Shown here piece after piece: positions 35,083-45,044 of a stretch of 64,000 bases of DNA (position 1 is its first letter; each line of letters opens with the position of its first letter). The notes below the pieces were generated by a model that saw only the letters and a program-made list of their open reading frames with translations, was not told where the DNA came from and searched no databases. Position numbers and translations under genes: made by a program. This DNA is from an uncultured beta proteobacterium (GTDB lineage: Bacteria > Pseudomonadota > Gammaproteobacteria > Burkholderiales > Casimicrobiaceae). The stretch spans positions 432,934 through 496,933 of the forward strand of contig CAVSRR010000006.1 of NCBI GenBank assembly GCA_963730465.1, given 5' to 3'.

Positions 35083-35984
35083 TTATGGCTTGATGAATTT
35101 GAGTACGAATTCATCCTTGGGTTGCGGCGGGTCCGGCGTGTTCTTGTCGCGTGGGTCCGACGGATTGCGCAGGAAATCGCCTTCTTCGGCGAGCTTGAAT
35201 CCCGCAGCCTCGACTTCCTTGCGCAGGAATGCCTCCTCGACCCGATGAAGCGTTCCCGACTCGGAAATGCCCGTGCCCGGTCGGCCCGAGTGATCGGCGA
35301 TGACGTACATTGCCCCGGGTTTGAGCGCGGCGAACACGGCCTTGTTCATTTGGGCGCGATCGACGCCGAGGAATCCGAGATCGTGGTAGTTGAACATCAA
35401 GGTCACCAGATCGAGCTTGTTCGGCGAGAGTTCTGCCGGGATCGGGTCCTCGAAGGGCTGCACCACGGCGATCATGTTTGAAACCGCTGGATTCTTCGCG
35501 CGTTCCGCCAACGCCTGCGCCGATGTCCGGCCCGGCGAACGCGGAGTGGCGATCGCGGGTGGCGCGACGGCGGCGGCAGGGCGGCGACGGGATGCGACTG
35601 GCCTTCGGGCGCGGCCGGTGCTGGCGCGACCCTGTCCGCATTTCGCGGCGCGCTTTGTCCGTAAACGCGTCCCGTCGGACCCACTGCTCGCGCGATGAGC
35701 TCCGTGGTATACCCGCCGCCCGAGCTCAAATCCAACGCGACCATGCCCGGCCGTACGCCGATAAAAGCCAACATCTGGTCGGGCTTGCGGCGGATGTCGT
35801 TGGTCCGATCGGCCGCGCTGCGATCGGGGCTCGCGATGATCTCTGCAATACGTTCGTGGGACAACGGTGCGCCTGTCGGATTGGATTGGGCCGTCGCGCA
35901 CGCCGCCGCGAGAGCTGCGATGGCGCCGAGCATCGTGGCGCAATATCGAATTCTCAGGACCTCGGGCATCGTGAAGGGTGTCAT
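35083..35984 (-). CDS. Secreted class I SAM-dependent methyltransferase, at least 1 frame break in a Pro/Ala-rich linker
   Basis: Signal MLGAIAALAAACATA. VALDLSSGGGYTTELIA (motif I). LVTLMFNYHDLG...ALKPGAMYVIADHSGRPGTG...HRVEEAFLRKEVEAAGF. Confidence 0.75.
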
Positions 35985-36760
35985 GGATTCCTCGGATCAT
36001 GGCGCCGCTTCTCGTACCAGAGCTCCATGCCTTGCCGTTGTTTGACCGCGTTGGGCCCGCGTAGTGCCATGCGGACCAGAATCTTCAGCACTTCGACGCC
36101 GGAATAGGTCCGGAGTTTCCGGCCCGACGTCATCACGGCTTGCTTGAGGACGACGAACGGTCCGAGCGCACGAAGGGCGCGACTCATGACGACCTCTTCC
36201 GCCCCGAAAAACGTCTCGTCGAAACCGCCGACCGCGGCAAACGCGTCCCGGGAGCAGAACAGGAAGCAGCCGGCGGCGAGCCCCAGGGTGCGGTAGATCC
36301 AACCCAGGGGCGGCAGCAGCATCCTCGCATAGCGCGGAACGTCGGTCTCGAACGCGACCGCCGCCCCGCCCCCGACGGCGCCGCTGCGCATCGCATCGAC
36401 CGCGGCGCGAACGGCAGCTTCGGTGACGATCGTATCCGCGTCGACGAAAATGAAAAGATCGCCGCGCGCCGCTCGAGCACCGGAGTTTCGGGTCGCCGCT
36501 ATCTGACGGTGAGCGACGCGGATGACACGCGCCCCATGCGCTGCGGCGATCGCGGCGGTGCGATCGGTGGACGCGTCGTCCGCCACGACGACTTCGTAGG
36601 TCTCGTTCAAGGCAGCAGCCGCCGCGTGCAGCGCGGCCAGCGTCGCGCCGATCAGGCTTTCTTCGTCGTACGCCGGGACGATGAACGAGATCAGGCGATC
36701 CTCACCGCGCGAGGCGTCAGGAGCGTGCCGGCGACCGGTACATGAACGCGACGACAGCAC
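35981..36760 (-). CDS. Family 2 glycosyltransferase
   Basis: ISFIVPAYDEE...VVVADDASTDRT...ATRNSGARAARGDLFIFVDADT. Intact. The stop overlaps the methyltransferase start. Start codon uncertain. Confidence 0.85.
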   Translation of the reverse strand: MLSSRSCTGRRHAPDASRGEDRLISFIVPAYDEESLIGATLAALHAAAAALNETYEVVVADDASTDRTAAIAAAHGARVIRVAHRQIAATRNSGARAARGDLFIFVDADTIVTEAAVRAAVDAMRSGAVGGGAAVAFETDVPRYARMLLPPLGWIYRTLGLAAGCFLFCSRDAFAAVGGFDETFFGAEEVVMSRALRALGPFVVLKQAVMTSGRKLRTYSGVEVLKILVRMALRGPNAVKQRQGMELWYEKRRHDPRNP

Positions 36761-37133
36761 CCAGGATCAGCATCAGAATGCCGTCGAACACGATCTGCTT
36801 GACCACGGTCATGCCCGGCATCGGCTGCACCACGTAATAGATCATGTAAGTCGGGACCACCGTCAGCAGCGCGACCGCGATGCCGAAGCGAATCCCCTGC
36901 GGCAGCCACGGCAAAGGCTCGACGCCCCGCGAATAGATCCACACCAGCGCCCCGGACAACATGAGATGCGCGAGAATCATCAACGGAAAGAAATTCTGCG
37001 AGTCCGCCTCCGAGCGGAACATGCCGGTCAATCTCGTGTAGTCGTCGTGCAACAGAACGCCATGGACCACGAAGCTTCCCAGGAACCAGACGATGAATAC
37101 CACGATCCAGGCGATGACGAATTTTTTGCCCAT
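36717..37133 (-). CDS. Hypothetical 4-TM membrane protein
   Basis: MGKKFVIAWIVVFIVWFLGSFVVHGVLL...PLMILAHLMLSGALVWIY. Intact. No family recognised with confidence. Confidence 0.55.
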   Translation of the reverse strand: MGKKFVIAWIVVFIVWFLGSFVVHGVLLHDDYTRLTGMFRSEADSQNFFPLMILAHLMLSGALVWIYSRGVEPLPWLPQGIRFGIAVALLTVVPTYMIYYVVQPMPGMTVVKQIVFDGILMLILGAVVAFMYRSPARS

Positions 37134-37215
37134 GACTCCCCCTTGGATGATCGGCAGCCAGCCTGAATTCGTCCCAATGAAGCATCTTACGGACGAGCGA
37201 TCGCGGAAGGCCCGG

Positions 37216-37668
37216 CTAGGTGGCGTCAGTGTCGACCTTAACCACGATGTTCGCAATCGCCGCGGGAGAAAATGCGGCCTCGTAGGCGGAAAGTCGCCGC
37301 TCCATGGCCTTGTCGCTCACGCGCCGGGGGTTGGTGACATAGATGGAGAAATCCGGAGTCCGGTGGATTCGCTTCATCAATTGCAGCATCGATATGCCCT
37401 CGACGATGACCGGGAGCTGCGAGGAAATGCGTCGCTCGATGATCCGGTTGATCTGGTCGTCGAGGTGGATGAGGTGATCGCGCGCGGGTATCAGGAAAAG
37501 GTCGGTCTCGATCAGCGACATGCTGAAGTGCCATGCGAGGTACCGTCCGAGCGTGGTCTTGCCCACACCGTCGCGCCCGTCGATGGTAACGATGGACCCG
37601 TGCGATCTTCGCAAGACCGGCGTCAGCGCCGTGACGACTTGCAGATAGGGAGGAAGAATCTTCGGCAC
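37216..37668 (-). CDS. Small P-loop NTPase/kinase-like protein
   Basis: IVTIDGRDGVGKTTLGRYLA (Walker A), PVIVEG. Visibly lower GC than its neighbours. Confidence 0.55.
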   Translation of the reverse strand: MPKILPPYLQVVTALTPVLRRSHGSIVTIDGRDGVGKTTLGRYLAWHFSMSLIETDLFLIPARDHLIHLDDQINRIIERRISSQLPVIVEGISMLQLMKRIHRTPDFSIYVTNPRRVSDKAMERRLSAYEAAFSPAAIANIVVKVDTDAT

Positions 37669-37686
37669 GGGGTCGGAGCCTAGCAG

Positions 37687-38292
37687 CTATCGCGATGGAA
37701 ATGCGCGTTGGTACGCCGGCCTGGAGGCCAGGCGCTCGCGGTACGCCACCAGACGGTCCGGCAGCGCATGCCCGAGCGTCCCGGTCCACATGCCGAGCAC
37801 GCTTCCGACGGAGATATCCGCGAGCGTGAGCTCGGTGCCGCCGAGGTAGCGATCGTCGCCCAGAATGCCGTCCACGTAGCGCACCGCCTTCTCGACACGC
37901 GCTTCCTGCGCCAGGACCGACCAGTTGCGCTTGTCGGCGTCAGGTGCGACGAAGCGCGCCTCGATGATCGGATTGATTGCCATCCCGATGGCCGTCTCGC
38001 CGAACACTGTCATCTGCAGCACGCGCGCAAAGCCCGGCTGATCGCTGTCGGGCAGAAGCGGCGTCGGACCGTATTTCTGCGCGAGGTAGAGCATCATCGC
38101 AACCGATTCGTTGATCGCGACGCCGCCTTCATCCTCGAGGAATGGCACCGAGCCGAGCGGATTGAGCGCGCGGTAAGCCTCGGCGGGCGGAAAGCTCACC
38201 GTCTCGATCCTGTACGGCAGGCCCATCTCCTCGCACTGCCAGATGACGCGCCAGCCGCGAACCGCCCGCGCAAAATTGTGGATCGTGATCAT
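37687..38292 (-). CDS. Glutathione S-transferase
   Basis: MITIHNF...LNPLGSVPFLEDEGGVAINESVAMMLYLAQKY...YLGGTELTLADISVG. Intact. GGAGG RBS. Confidence 0.9.
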   Translation of the reverse strand: MITIHNFARAVRGWRVIWQCEEMGLPYRIETVSFPPAEAYRALNPLGSVPFLEDEGGVAINESVAMMLYLAQKYGPTPLLPDSDQPGFARVLQMTVFGETAIGMAINPIIEARFVAPDADKRNWSVLAQEARVEKAVRYVDGILGDDRYLGGTELTLADISVGSVLGMWTGTLGHALPDRLVAYRERLASRPAYQRAFPSR

Positions 38293-38317
38293 CCTGCCTC
38301 CGTTCCCGCCGGCGTCG

Positions 38318-39223
38318 TTAGCCCGTGCCTCGGGCGCTGACATCATAAACGAGCTTCGCCGCGGCGATATCCTCGACCGCGAGCCCTACGGATTTGTACA
38401 CTGTCGTTTCCTCGACCGGGCTCGGCTTCGATCCCGCGAAAATCTCGCCGATCTCGGCATAGATCGACGCTTTCGAGAGGATCACGTCGCCGGATTCGTG
38501 CTGCGCGGCGTCGCGCGACTCCACCACTACGACGTTGCTCATCGCCTCGTCATCGAGCTCGCGCCATGTCGGCATCGGTGCGCCGATGGCGTTGACGTGC
38601 GCGCCGCGCTTGAGCCACGCGCCCTTGAGAATCGGGTCGTGCGCCGGCGTCGCCGTGACGATGACATCGGCGCCACGCACCGCGGATTCCGCATCCATCG
38701 CCGTCGCGCCGTGCAGGGCGGCAAATCGCTCGGCGTGGTGTCGCGTGCGGCTCCATACGCGGATCTCGTCGAACGTGCGCACACACGCCAGCGCTTCCAG
38801 ATGCGAGCGCGCTTCGACGCCGCTGCCGAGCAGGGCGAGCACCCGGCTGTCGGGCGACGCGAGATGATCGGTCACGGCGGCGGAGACTGCGGCCGTGCGC
38901 ATCGCAGTGAGCACGCTTCCCTCCAGCACTGCGATGGCTTCGCCGGTATCGGGCCGCAGGAGCAAGACCGTGGCCATGACTGTCGGTACCTTGGTTCCGG
39001 CGTTGCGCGGATAGAGGCTGACCAGCTTGACGCCCATTGCGTGCCGCGTGGCCACCGGCATGACACCCATGAATCGGTTTCCCTCTTCCACGGTGAGCCA
39101 GGTTCGCATCGGTTGCAGCACGTCGCCGGCCGAAAAGTCCGCCAACGCGCTTTTCATCGCCGCGATGAGCTCGTCCCAGCGCAACGCCGAGCGCACTGCG
39201 GCGTCGTCGAAGTGAATCACCAC
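38318..39223 (-). CDS. Ornithine cyclodeaminase / mu-crystallin family protein
   Basis: GVKLVSLYPRN...GSVLTAMRTAAVSAAVTDHLA...LALLGSGVEARSHLEAL...GAHVNAIGA. Intact. GTG start near 39220-39223 is tentative. Confidence 0.85.
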   Translation of the reverse strand: MVIHFDDAAVRSALRWDELIAAMKSALADFSAGDVLQPMRTWLTVEEGNRFMGVMPVATRHAMGVKLVSLYPRNAGTKVPTVMATVLLLRPDTGEAIAVLEGSVLTAMRTAAVSAAVTDHLASPDSRVLALLGSGVEARSHLEALACVRTFDEIRVWSRTRHHAERFAALHGATAMDAESAVRGADVIVTATPAHDPILKGAWLKRGAHVNAIGAPMPTWRELDDEAMSNVVVVESRDAAQHESGDVILSKASIYAEIGEIFAGSKPSPVEETTVYKSVGLAVEDIAAAKLVYDVSARGTG

Positions 39224-39242
39224 GGCCGGCGCGTTCGCCGCA

Positions 39243-39753
39243 TCAGGGTTGTTCTCCGCGCGCACGGAGACGTGCGGTCGCAGACTCCATTCCCCCGGTC
39301 GCCGGCGCGAGCGTTCCGGCTTTTCCCAACCCGAACGGTGGCATGTTGACGTAGATATTCTCGTAGGTTCCCGGAGACACGACATAGGTCTCGTGCCAGA
39401 CGCCGACATCGCCGCCAGTGCCCACGGCGCGGTTGAATGCCCGCCATGCGGGGAGATGCGCCGCATCGCGATCGCGCGCATACGCGAGGAGCTTCTCGAC
39501 GGAGCGCCAATACTGGACAAGGATAGTCGTCCTGCCGCCCCAGAGCTCGCCGCTCAGCATGCCCAGCTCAGGCCTGGCCGTCAGCTCCTGCAGCAGCCGC
39601 GGCATCGCGCGCGCGACCGGCCACCACTTGTGCACTTTCCACGGCGAGTTGATCCTCATGCCGATCAGGAACACGGCAAACTGACCCGTCCATCGCGGCG
39701 AATAGGCGTTGCCGGTTTATGCCTGTTCCCAGCGTGTTCCGCGTCATGGGCAA
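39243..39753 (-). CDS. DUF4188 domain protein, 1 N-terminal frame break
   Basis: FLIGMRINSPWKVHKWWPVARAMPRLLQEL...VQYWRSVEKLLAYARDRDAAHLPAWRAFNRAVGTGGDVGVWHETY. Confidence 0.7.
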
Positions 39754-39823
39754 TGCTTCCGTTCGAAATGGCGATTGATTTCGGTTGAGCAGACGTGCGT
39801 GTTGCGCGCGGCGAGTTCGGCCG

Positions 39824-40219
39824 TCATTCCCGTTGGATCACGAGCTCGTCAAAACCGGTGGTGGCGTCGGGTTCGCGCGTGAACGACCATTCGGGCAGCA
39901 GCAGGAGCAGCACTTCGGCGGTGGTTCGCACGACGCAGCCGTAGACGAGGTGGCCGCCCAGCACGCGGCCCTGGGCATCCGCGACGCTCATGTGAAGGTG
40001 CGAACCGTTGCCTGCAATCGTCCCGGCCAGGGTCAGGATCTCCAGGTCGGCCGCGATGAGGTCAGGCTCGGTCGCGGCGGCAAGCCTCAGGCGAGCCTGC
40101 TTCAGGCTGCCGATGCCGGACACCAGGAAAGCTGCGCGGCAGTGGCGCGCAGCTACGGCGCTCTCCAATGCGCGGCGCAAGTCCGCGTCCGGCGGAATGC
40201 GCAACGGGAGGGGATCCAT
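39824..40219 (-). CDS. PPC (DUF296) domain protein
   Basis: MDPLPLRIPPDADLRRALE...FLVSGIGSLKQARLRL...LEILTLAGTI...HLHMSVADAQGRVLGGHL. Confidence 0.7.
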   Translation of the reverse strand: MDPLPLRIPPDADLRRALESAVAARHCRAAFLVSGIGSLKQARLRLAAATEPDLIAADLEILTLAGTIAGNGSHLHMSVADAQGRVLGGHLVYGCVVRTTAEVLLLLLPEWSFTREPDATTGFDELVIQRE

Positions 40220-40223
40220 CCGG

Positions 40224-40712
40224 CTATCTTTTGGTCGCGGGATCCCAGTGTTCCGCGATCTTCCCGTTTTCGATGCGGAACATGTCGAACCATGTCGTCG
40301 AGTACTTCTTTCCCGGATCCTTGGGGTCGATGCCCTCGCGCGCGAAAGCGAGAACCACCGTGTCGCCTTCCGCAATGATCGCGACCAGCGGCGCCCGCAC
40401 GCGCGATTCGATCGGCTGCAACGCTACGTTCTTGGAGAAGAAATCGACAAATGCGGCCCTGCCGGTGGGGACGTTCGGGTTGTGCTGGATGTAGCCTTCG
40501 GCCATGTACTTCTCGGCGAGATCCATGTGTCCTGCCTCGAAGACCTCGCGCCAGAAGTTGTAGACGAGCCGCTTATTGGCCGCCAGCCGCGGATCGGAAC
40601 TTGCCAGCATCTGCTCCTGGTCGGCTTTGGCGACGACCGTAACCTGAGCGTGCGCGTTGGCGAGCAAAATCGCCGAGAAACCGGCAGCGACAACAGCGGA
40701 CAGTAGTTTCAT
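40224..40712 (-). CDS. Secreted SnoaL-like / NTF2-fold protein
   Basis: Signal MKLLSAVVAAGFSAILLANAHA. NKRLVYNFWREVFEAGHMDLAEKYMAEGYIQHNPNVPTGRAAFVDFF...WFDMFRIENGKIAEHWD. Confidence 0.8.
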   Translation of the reverse strand: MKLLSAVVAAGFSAILLANAHAQVTVVAKADQEQMLASSDPRLAANKRLVYNFWREVFEAGHMDLAEKYMAEGYIQHNPNVPTGRAAFVDFFSKNVALQPIESRVRAPLVAIIAEGDTVVLAFAREGIDPKDPGKKYSTTWFDMFRIENGKIAEHWDPATKR

Positions 40713-40948
40713 TTCGCGCCTCGAATACGTGGAAGACAGGCTTCGACATGCCGGGCGGCCCGCGAACTCGCGACGAGCGCCAACCGTTCAGACTACCGGA
40801 ACGTCGCGCGTCGCACCAGCGGGCGGCGCATCGATGAAGGCGCCGATCAGCCTCCGGTGTCCATCCGCTTTGATCGGCGCTCGGCGGAGCGTTTCGCGAG
40901 TCGCGGATCCTGCGGAAGGGTTGCGTCAACCGCGTTGGGGGCTTCGCC

Positions 40949-41230
40949 TCAGGCGGACGGGCCGGGCGAGAATCGCTGATAGGAACGTTCGCGCGCCTTG
41001 GCGGCCTCTTCCTCGCGGTTTCTCGGCGGCGCATTCGTGCTCAGGGAGCCAAGGAGCTTGCCGGATATCGCAGCGATGCCATCCACGGCCGCGAGGAACA
41101 CCGCCTCGTTGGCTTTCGAGGGCTTGTTGAAGCCGCTGACTTTGCGCACGAATTGAAGCGAGGCCGCGCGAATTTCATCTTCGGTCACCGGTGGTTCGAA
41201 ATTGAAGAGCATCTTGATATTTCTGCACAT
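40949..41230 (-). CDS. DUF2277 family protein
   Basis: MCRNIKMLFNFEPPVTEDEIRAASLQFVRKVSGFNKPSKANE. Confidence 0.7.
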   Translation of the reverse strand: MCRNIKMLFNFEPPVTEDEIRAASLQFVRKVSGFNKPSKANEAVFLAAVDGIAAISGKLLGSLSTNAPPRNREEEAAKARERSYQRFSPGPSA

Positions 41231-41441
41231 GTTCGTTTCCTCGATAGTCACCGCGTCGTCCGATGGGGCGGTCCGTCAGCGCGCGTCGCACGGCGCCCAG
41301 GCAGTCATGATAGGAGCGCTTGCCGGAAAAACAAGCCGCGTCGGTCAGGCGACAGGAGGAGCGGCAATGGCTCCCGCTTCGCCGCACACGTGAAGCGCGG
41401 GCACAGGCGGAGTTCGGCGACGCGGGTGCCGAAGCTTGCGC

Positions 41442-41861
41442 CTACCGACCTGCGTGAACATTCTGACGGCTGAACTGGGGAAGTCCGTCGAGGTTCGCGG
41501 ACCATCCCAATGCCGACTGGCACCAGATCCGCTTGCGCGGAGGCAGCTCGTTTCGCTGCCGCAGACATCCGACGCGCAGTGAATACGAAGGGGGATTGTC
41601 GATTGCAGACGAATAGACTGGTGTGGCGCAATCCGGACAGAAAGCGTGCGCGCGCCTGGCTCCGCTTTCGGCTGTCTTGACGTAGACCTTCAGGCGGCCG
41701 CTGAGCAGGGAGAAACCCTCACTCGGCGCGGGGACGGATACACGATACGCCGAGCCGGATAGCATCTGGCAGTCGGTGCAGTGGCAGAGCGTGACTCGCT
41801 CGGGGTCGACGGTGGCTTCATAGCTCACCTGTCCACAGTGGCATCGGCCTTCTACCTTCAT
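41442..41861 (-). CDS. GFA (glutathione-dependent formaldehyde-activating enzyme-like) family protein
   Basis: MKVEGRCHCGQVSYE...LCHCTDCQMLSGSAY...AHAFCPDCATPVY. Confidence 0.85.
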   Translation of the reverse strand: MKVEGRCHCGQVSYEATVDPERVTLCHCTDCQMLSGSAYRVSVPAPSEGFSLLSGRLKVYVKTAESGARRAHAFCPDCATPVYSSAIDNPPSYSLRVGCLRQRNELPPRKRIWCQSALGWSANLDGLPQFSRQNVHAGR

Positions 41862-41926
41862 CGCTGCTCCTCGCAGACAGGCAAGCTTGAGATCGCGGCC
41901 ATGGGCGACGACAATCGACGCGGCGA

Positions 41927-42199
41927 CTACAGGCGCGACGCTATCGTTTCCGCGGCTTCCGCGGATGGCACGATCGGAAACACGTCGAAGTCGACGATGT
42001 CGCTCCAATGGCCCATCCATTGATCGAGCAGCGCCCGATCGGACGTTTCCATGATCTGGAAGCAGCGCTCGAATTTTTCATCGACCCAGCTCGATATGTA
42101 TTGCAGGCCCGGCGGTGCGAGCCGTCCCCGTTCGCGGAAGCGCCGGTACACCGGCAGCGGGTCGCCGTTCCTGAAACGCTCGACAATCATGTACAGCAC
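41927..42199 (-). CDS. DUF3303 family protein
   Basis: (V)LYMIVERFRNGDPLPVYRRFRERGRLAPPGLQYISSWVDEKFERCFQIMETSD. Confidence 0.7.
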   Translation of the reverse strand: MLYMIVERFRNGDPLPVYRRFRERGRLAPPGLQYISSWVDEKFERCFQIMETSDRALLDQWMGHWSDIVDFDVFPIVPSAEAAETIASRL

Positions 42200-42256
42200 G
42201 ATGGGCTCCTGGGGCTGGTCCCGGCGAACATGCCCGGTTGCTCGCACCGGAACTGC

Positions 42257-42595
42257 CTACTCCGCGGAGAAGAACCAGACGCGTTCGATCAATTCCCCGA
42301 CGACTTCATAGACTGCGGCGACCTCCATCGGACCTGCGCGAACGCCCCACACGCGCTCGTGATCGATGACCTTGTTTCCGAGCACGATCCGATTCACGAT
42401 GTCCGCTCTCAGCCCGGGCAGATTGAATCGCTGCGTCGCGTAAAACTCGGCGAACTGCGCCTTGCCCGAGAGGCCGGGCTCGACGGACGGCATCCTGAAC
42501 ACCGCGATATCCTCGCTGTAGTTCGAGACGAAGCGCTCGAGATCCCGGTCGTTATAGGCTTCGACTTGGCGTTGAACAACGTCGGCGGCAGACAT
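42257..42595 (-). CDS. NTF2-like (SnoaL/steroid delta-isomerase-like) protein
   Basis: MSAADVVQRQVEAYNDRDLERFVSNYSEDIAVF...AAVYEVVGELIERVWF. Confidence 0.75.
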   Translation of the reverse strand: MSAADVVQRQVEAYNDRDLERFVSNYSEDIAVFRMPSVEPGLSGKAQFAEFYATQRFNLPGLRADIVNRIVLGNKVIDHERVWGVRAGPMEVAAVYEVVGELIERVWFFSAE

Positions 42596-42680
42596 GGATT
42601 CCCTTCGCTTCGTTAGCGAATCAAGGCTCAACCGGTGTCGAGCGTCGCAAGCCCAGCGCTGCGGTGGCGCGGCGCGCTCC

Positions 42681-43204
42681 TCATACCGAGCCGGCGTCCC
42701 GATGCATGAGCATCTCGCCCGGCTCCAGACCGTATTGTGCAGTCGCCTCGGGCGAAGCGGGAACAAACCCCAGCCGCTCGAGAAAGCGCAATGAGCGCCG
42801 GTTGTCGCGACGTAGCACTGCAGAGAGCCTTCGAACGCGGTAGGTCTCGACGAGATCTCCGATCATCGCTCGAACCGCCTGGTCGCGCAAGGCCGCGTCC
42901 CCAGTACTGACTGCACAGCTCGTAGGCGATCGCGGCATGGCCGTCGGCGTGGACGGTGGCCTGAACATAGCCGATGAGCTCGGACGTCGGCAGGCGGATC
43001 ACCCAGTTGAGCCACTGTTGCGAGCCATCGGGCGATTGTCTCGCTTCCAGCTTCGTGAACCGTGCACGCAGCCACTCGATCGACGCCGGTGGCGCATTCT
43101 CGTACTCGTAGATCGCCGGGATCGCTGAGGACGACGAACATCTCCTCGGCGTGCGCCGCGACTTGTGGCTCGAGAGTGAGACTGCCGACGTCGATAGCGT
43201 GCAT
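42681..43204 (-). CDS. GNAT family N-acetyltransferase (RimJ-like), 2 frame breaks
   Basis: MHAIDVGSLTLEPQVAAHAEEMF; AIYEYENAPPASIEWLRARF...WVIRLPTSELIGYVQATV...AIAYELCSQYWGRGLA; LSAVLRRDNRRSLRFLERLGF. Confidence 0.75.
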
Positions 43205-43250
43205 GAACTTTCTGGCGGACGCGGTTTGCGATACCGGCGCGCGTCGTCGC

Positions 43251-44261
43251 TCAGTGATTTCCGATGAAGACCATTGCCGCATTGCGGCATTCCTCAGGGA
43301 ATTCGCTCCACATTTCATGCGTCGCGTCGGCGAGGATGATGCGCTCGCCGTGCGGGAGGAGGCGTTGGAGCTGGCCGTCGATGGCATTGCTGAGCTTGAG
43401 GCTGCGCTTGCCGCTGAGGAGAAGGATGGGCGCCTGGATGCGCTGAACGGCGCTCAGCGAAATCATCGGGAAGGCGTCCCTCGACATCGTCAGGGCTCGC
43501 CACTCCGGTGCATTCTCGAGGAGCGCGCTGCGCACTTCGGGAGGAAGCGTCGCGAAAGTCATCTTCTCATCGGTGCCGGAGTAGCCGATCTTGCCGAATC
43601 CATCGATCGCGGCGGCCACGCCCGCTTCGTCGTTGCGCCGAAAACCGCGCGTGGTGGGCTCCCAGACGGTGGTCATGAACTCGGTGAACAGAGGCTTGCC
43701 TCCTTCGATGCCGGGCAACCAGCGCATGACCGGCGGCTCGGAGAGAACCAGCGAGCGCACGATCTCCGGATGCCTCAGTGCGAGCAGCAGGGCGACGTAG
43801 GCGCCGTAGGAATGGCCCACAACGTGCGCCGCCGGCAGGCCGAGCGTCCCGATCAGCGTCGCTAGGTCTTCGGCATCCACGACGGGCGAGTAGGCATTCC
43901 CGAAACCCGCACCGGAATTGGGGAAATTGTACCGGCGGCTATAGGAGATGGCGCGATAGCCTTGCGAGAAAGCCGCGACCTGCTGGTCCCATGCGCGGTA
44001 GTCCTCGAGGCCGCCGTGAATGAAGATGACCGGAACGCCCGCGCCTTGATCGAGGTAGTGGAACCGCACACCGTTGACAAGGATTTGCGTGGGCGCGGTT
44101 TCGGCGCTTGCCGCCTGCGTAAGCATCGCCAGCGGCGCGAAGGCCCATATCGAAAGACAGAGCGCTAATTTTTTGATGTCGGGCTTTCTATCGTTGAGGG
44201 TGAGATCTCCGATGCGACGCAACGGATGGATCCCGTACGGCCAGCAAGCACCGCGAGCCAT
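43251..44261 (-). CDS. Secreted alpha/beta hydrolase
   Basis: Signal LALCLSIWAFAPLAMLTQAASA. VIFIHGG. Nucleophile elbow GHSYGA. Intact. Start codon uncertain. Confidence 0.85.
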   Translation of the reverse strand: MARGACWPYGIHPLRRIGDLTLNDRKPDIKKLALCLSIWAFAPLAMLTQAASAETAPTQILVNGVRFHYLDQGAGVPVIFIHGGLEDYRAWDQQVAAFSQGYRAISYSRRYNFPNSGAGFGNAYSPVVDAEDLATLIGTLGLPAAHVVGHSYGAYVALLLALRHPEIVRSLVLSEPPVMRWLPGIEGGKPLFTEFMTTVWEPTTRGFRRNDEAGVAAAIDGFGKIGYSGTDEKMTFATLPPEVRSALLENAPEWRALTMSRDAFPMISLSAVQRIQAPILLLSGKRSLKLSNAIDGQLQRLLPHGERIILADATHEMWSEFPEECRNAAMVFIGNH

Positions 44262-44300
44262 CTTGCGAGCTCTGATCGGACGCCCAAGCCCGGGCACGCC

Positions 44301-44639
44301 TCACCGGCCGAAGACGCGGGCGAACGCCGACGCCAGCGCCGAGCGCCTTTTCGGCCTCAGCGCCGGCGCGAGCTCGAAATAGCGGCGATCCACGTAGCAC
44401 CAGGCCCAAGTCTCGCCGCGCTCCATCGGCGCAATGAGGGGATGGCCGGTCGACTTGAAGTGCTGCAGCGCGTGCGCGTGTACCGAATCTTCGCAGCATC
44501 CCACATGGCCGCATGAAAGGCACACGCGAAGCTCGTTCCAGGTTTCGCCGAGCGCCATGCATTCCTCGCAGCCGACAGTGCGCGGCTCGACGGGCTGAAT
44601 GGCAACGGCGTGTTCGCAAGGTTCAGCCATAAATGTCAT
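44301..44639 (-). CDS. UBP-type zinc-finger domain protein
   Basis: VGCEECMALGETWNELRVCLSCGHVGCCEDSVHAHALQHFKSTGHPL. Intact. Confidence 0.85.
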   Translation of the reverse strand: MTFMAEPCEHAVAIQPVEPRTVGCEECMALGETWNELRVCLSCGHVGCCEDSVHAHALQHFKSTGHPLIAPMERGETWAWCYVDRRYFELAPALRPKRRSALASAFARVFGR

Positions 44640-44699
44640 CGCAAGTATGTCATCGATCGGGGGACGGGATACAACGCGACTGCGTCGACGGTGCTGCCA

Positions 44700-45023
44700 T
44701 CACGGCAGAATCGTGATGAGCTTGATCCGCCGGCGATGACGACGAAGCAGGTAGTCAACGAAATCGCCGATGATCAGGTTGGGCTTTCCGGAGCCCTTGT
44801 TCACCACGCGACACGAGAGCACCTTGGTTGCCGCATTCCACTGAATGTTGATGGATCCCCGGCGATCCTCGGCCTCGCTCCTTATCTTCGTCCAGCCGGG
44901 AGAGCGTCCGGGCTTGCGCTCGCGCACGAGCATGAACCGGTTCGCGCTCAGCTTTGTATCGTTCGCGATCGCGTCGCGGACGCTGAGTCCCGGCGTGCAG
45001 AAAACATGAACAAGTGTTTGCAA
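44700..45023 (-). CDS. Hypothetical protein, no recognised family
   Basis: Intact 107-aa ORF in a visibly lower-GC patch. The sequence looks protein-like (GSINIQWNAATKVLSCRVVNKGSGKPNLIIGDFVDYLL). Confidence 0.45.
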   Translation of the reverse strand: MQTLVHVFCTPGLSVRDAIANDTKLSANRFMLVRERKPGRSPGWTKIRSEAEDRRGSINIQWNAATKVLSCRVVNKGSGKPNLIIGDFVDYLLRRHRRRIKLITILP

Positions 45024-45044
45024 CGCGGCCTCCGGCGTCTTCAG

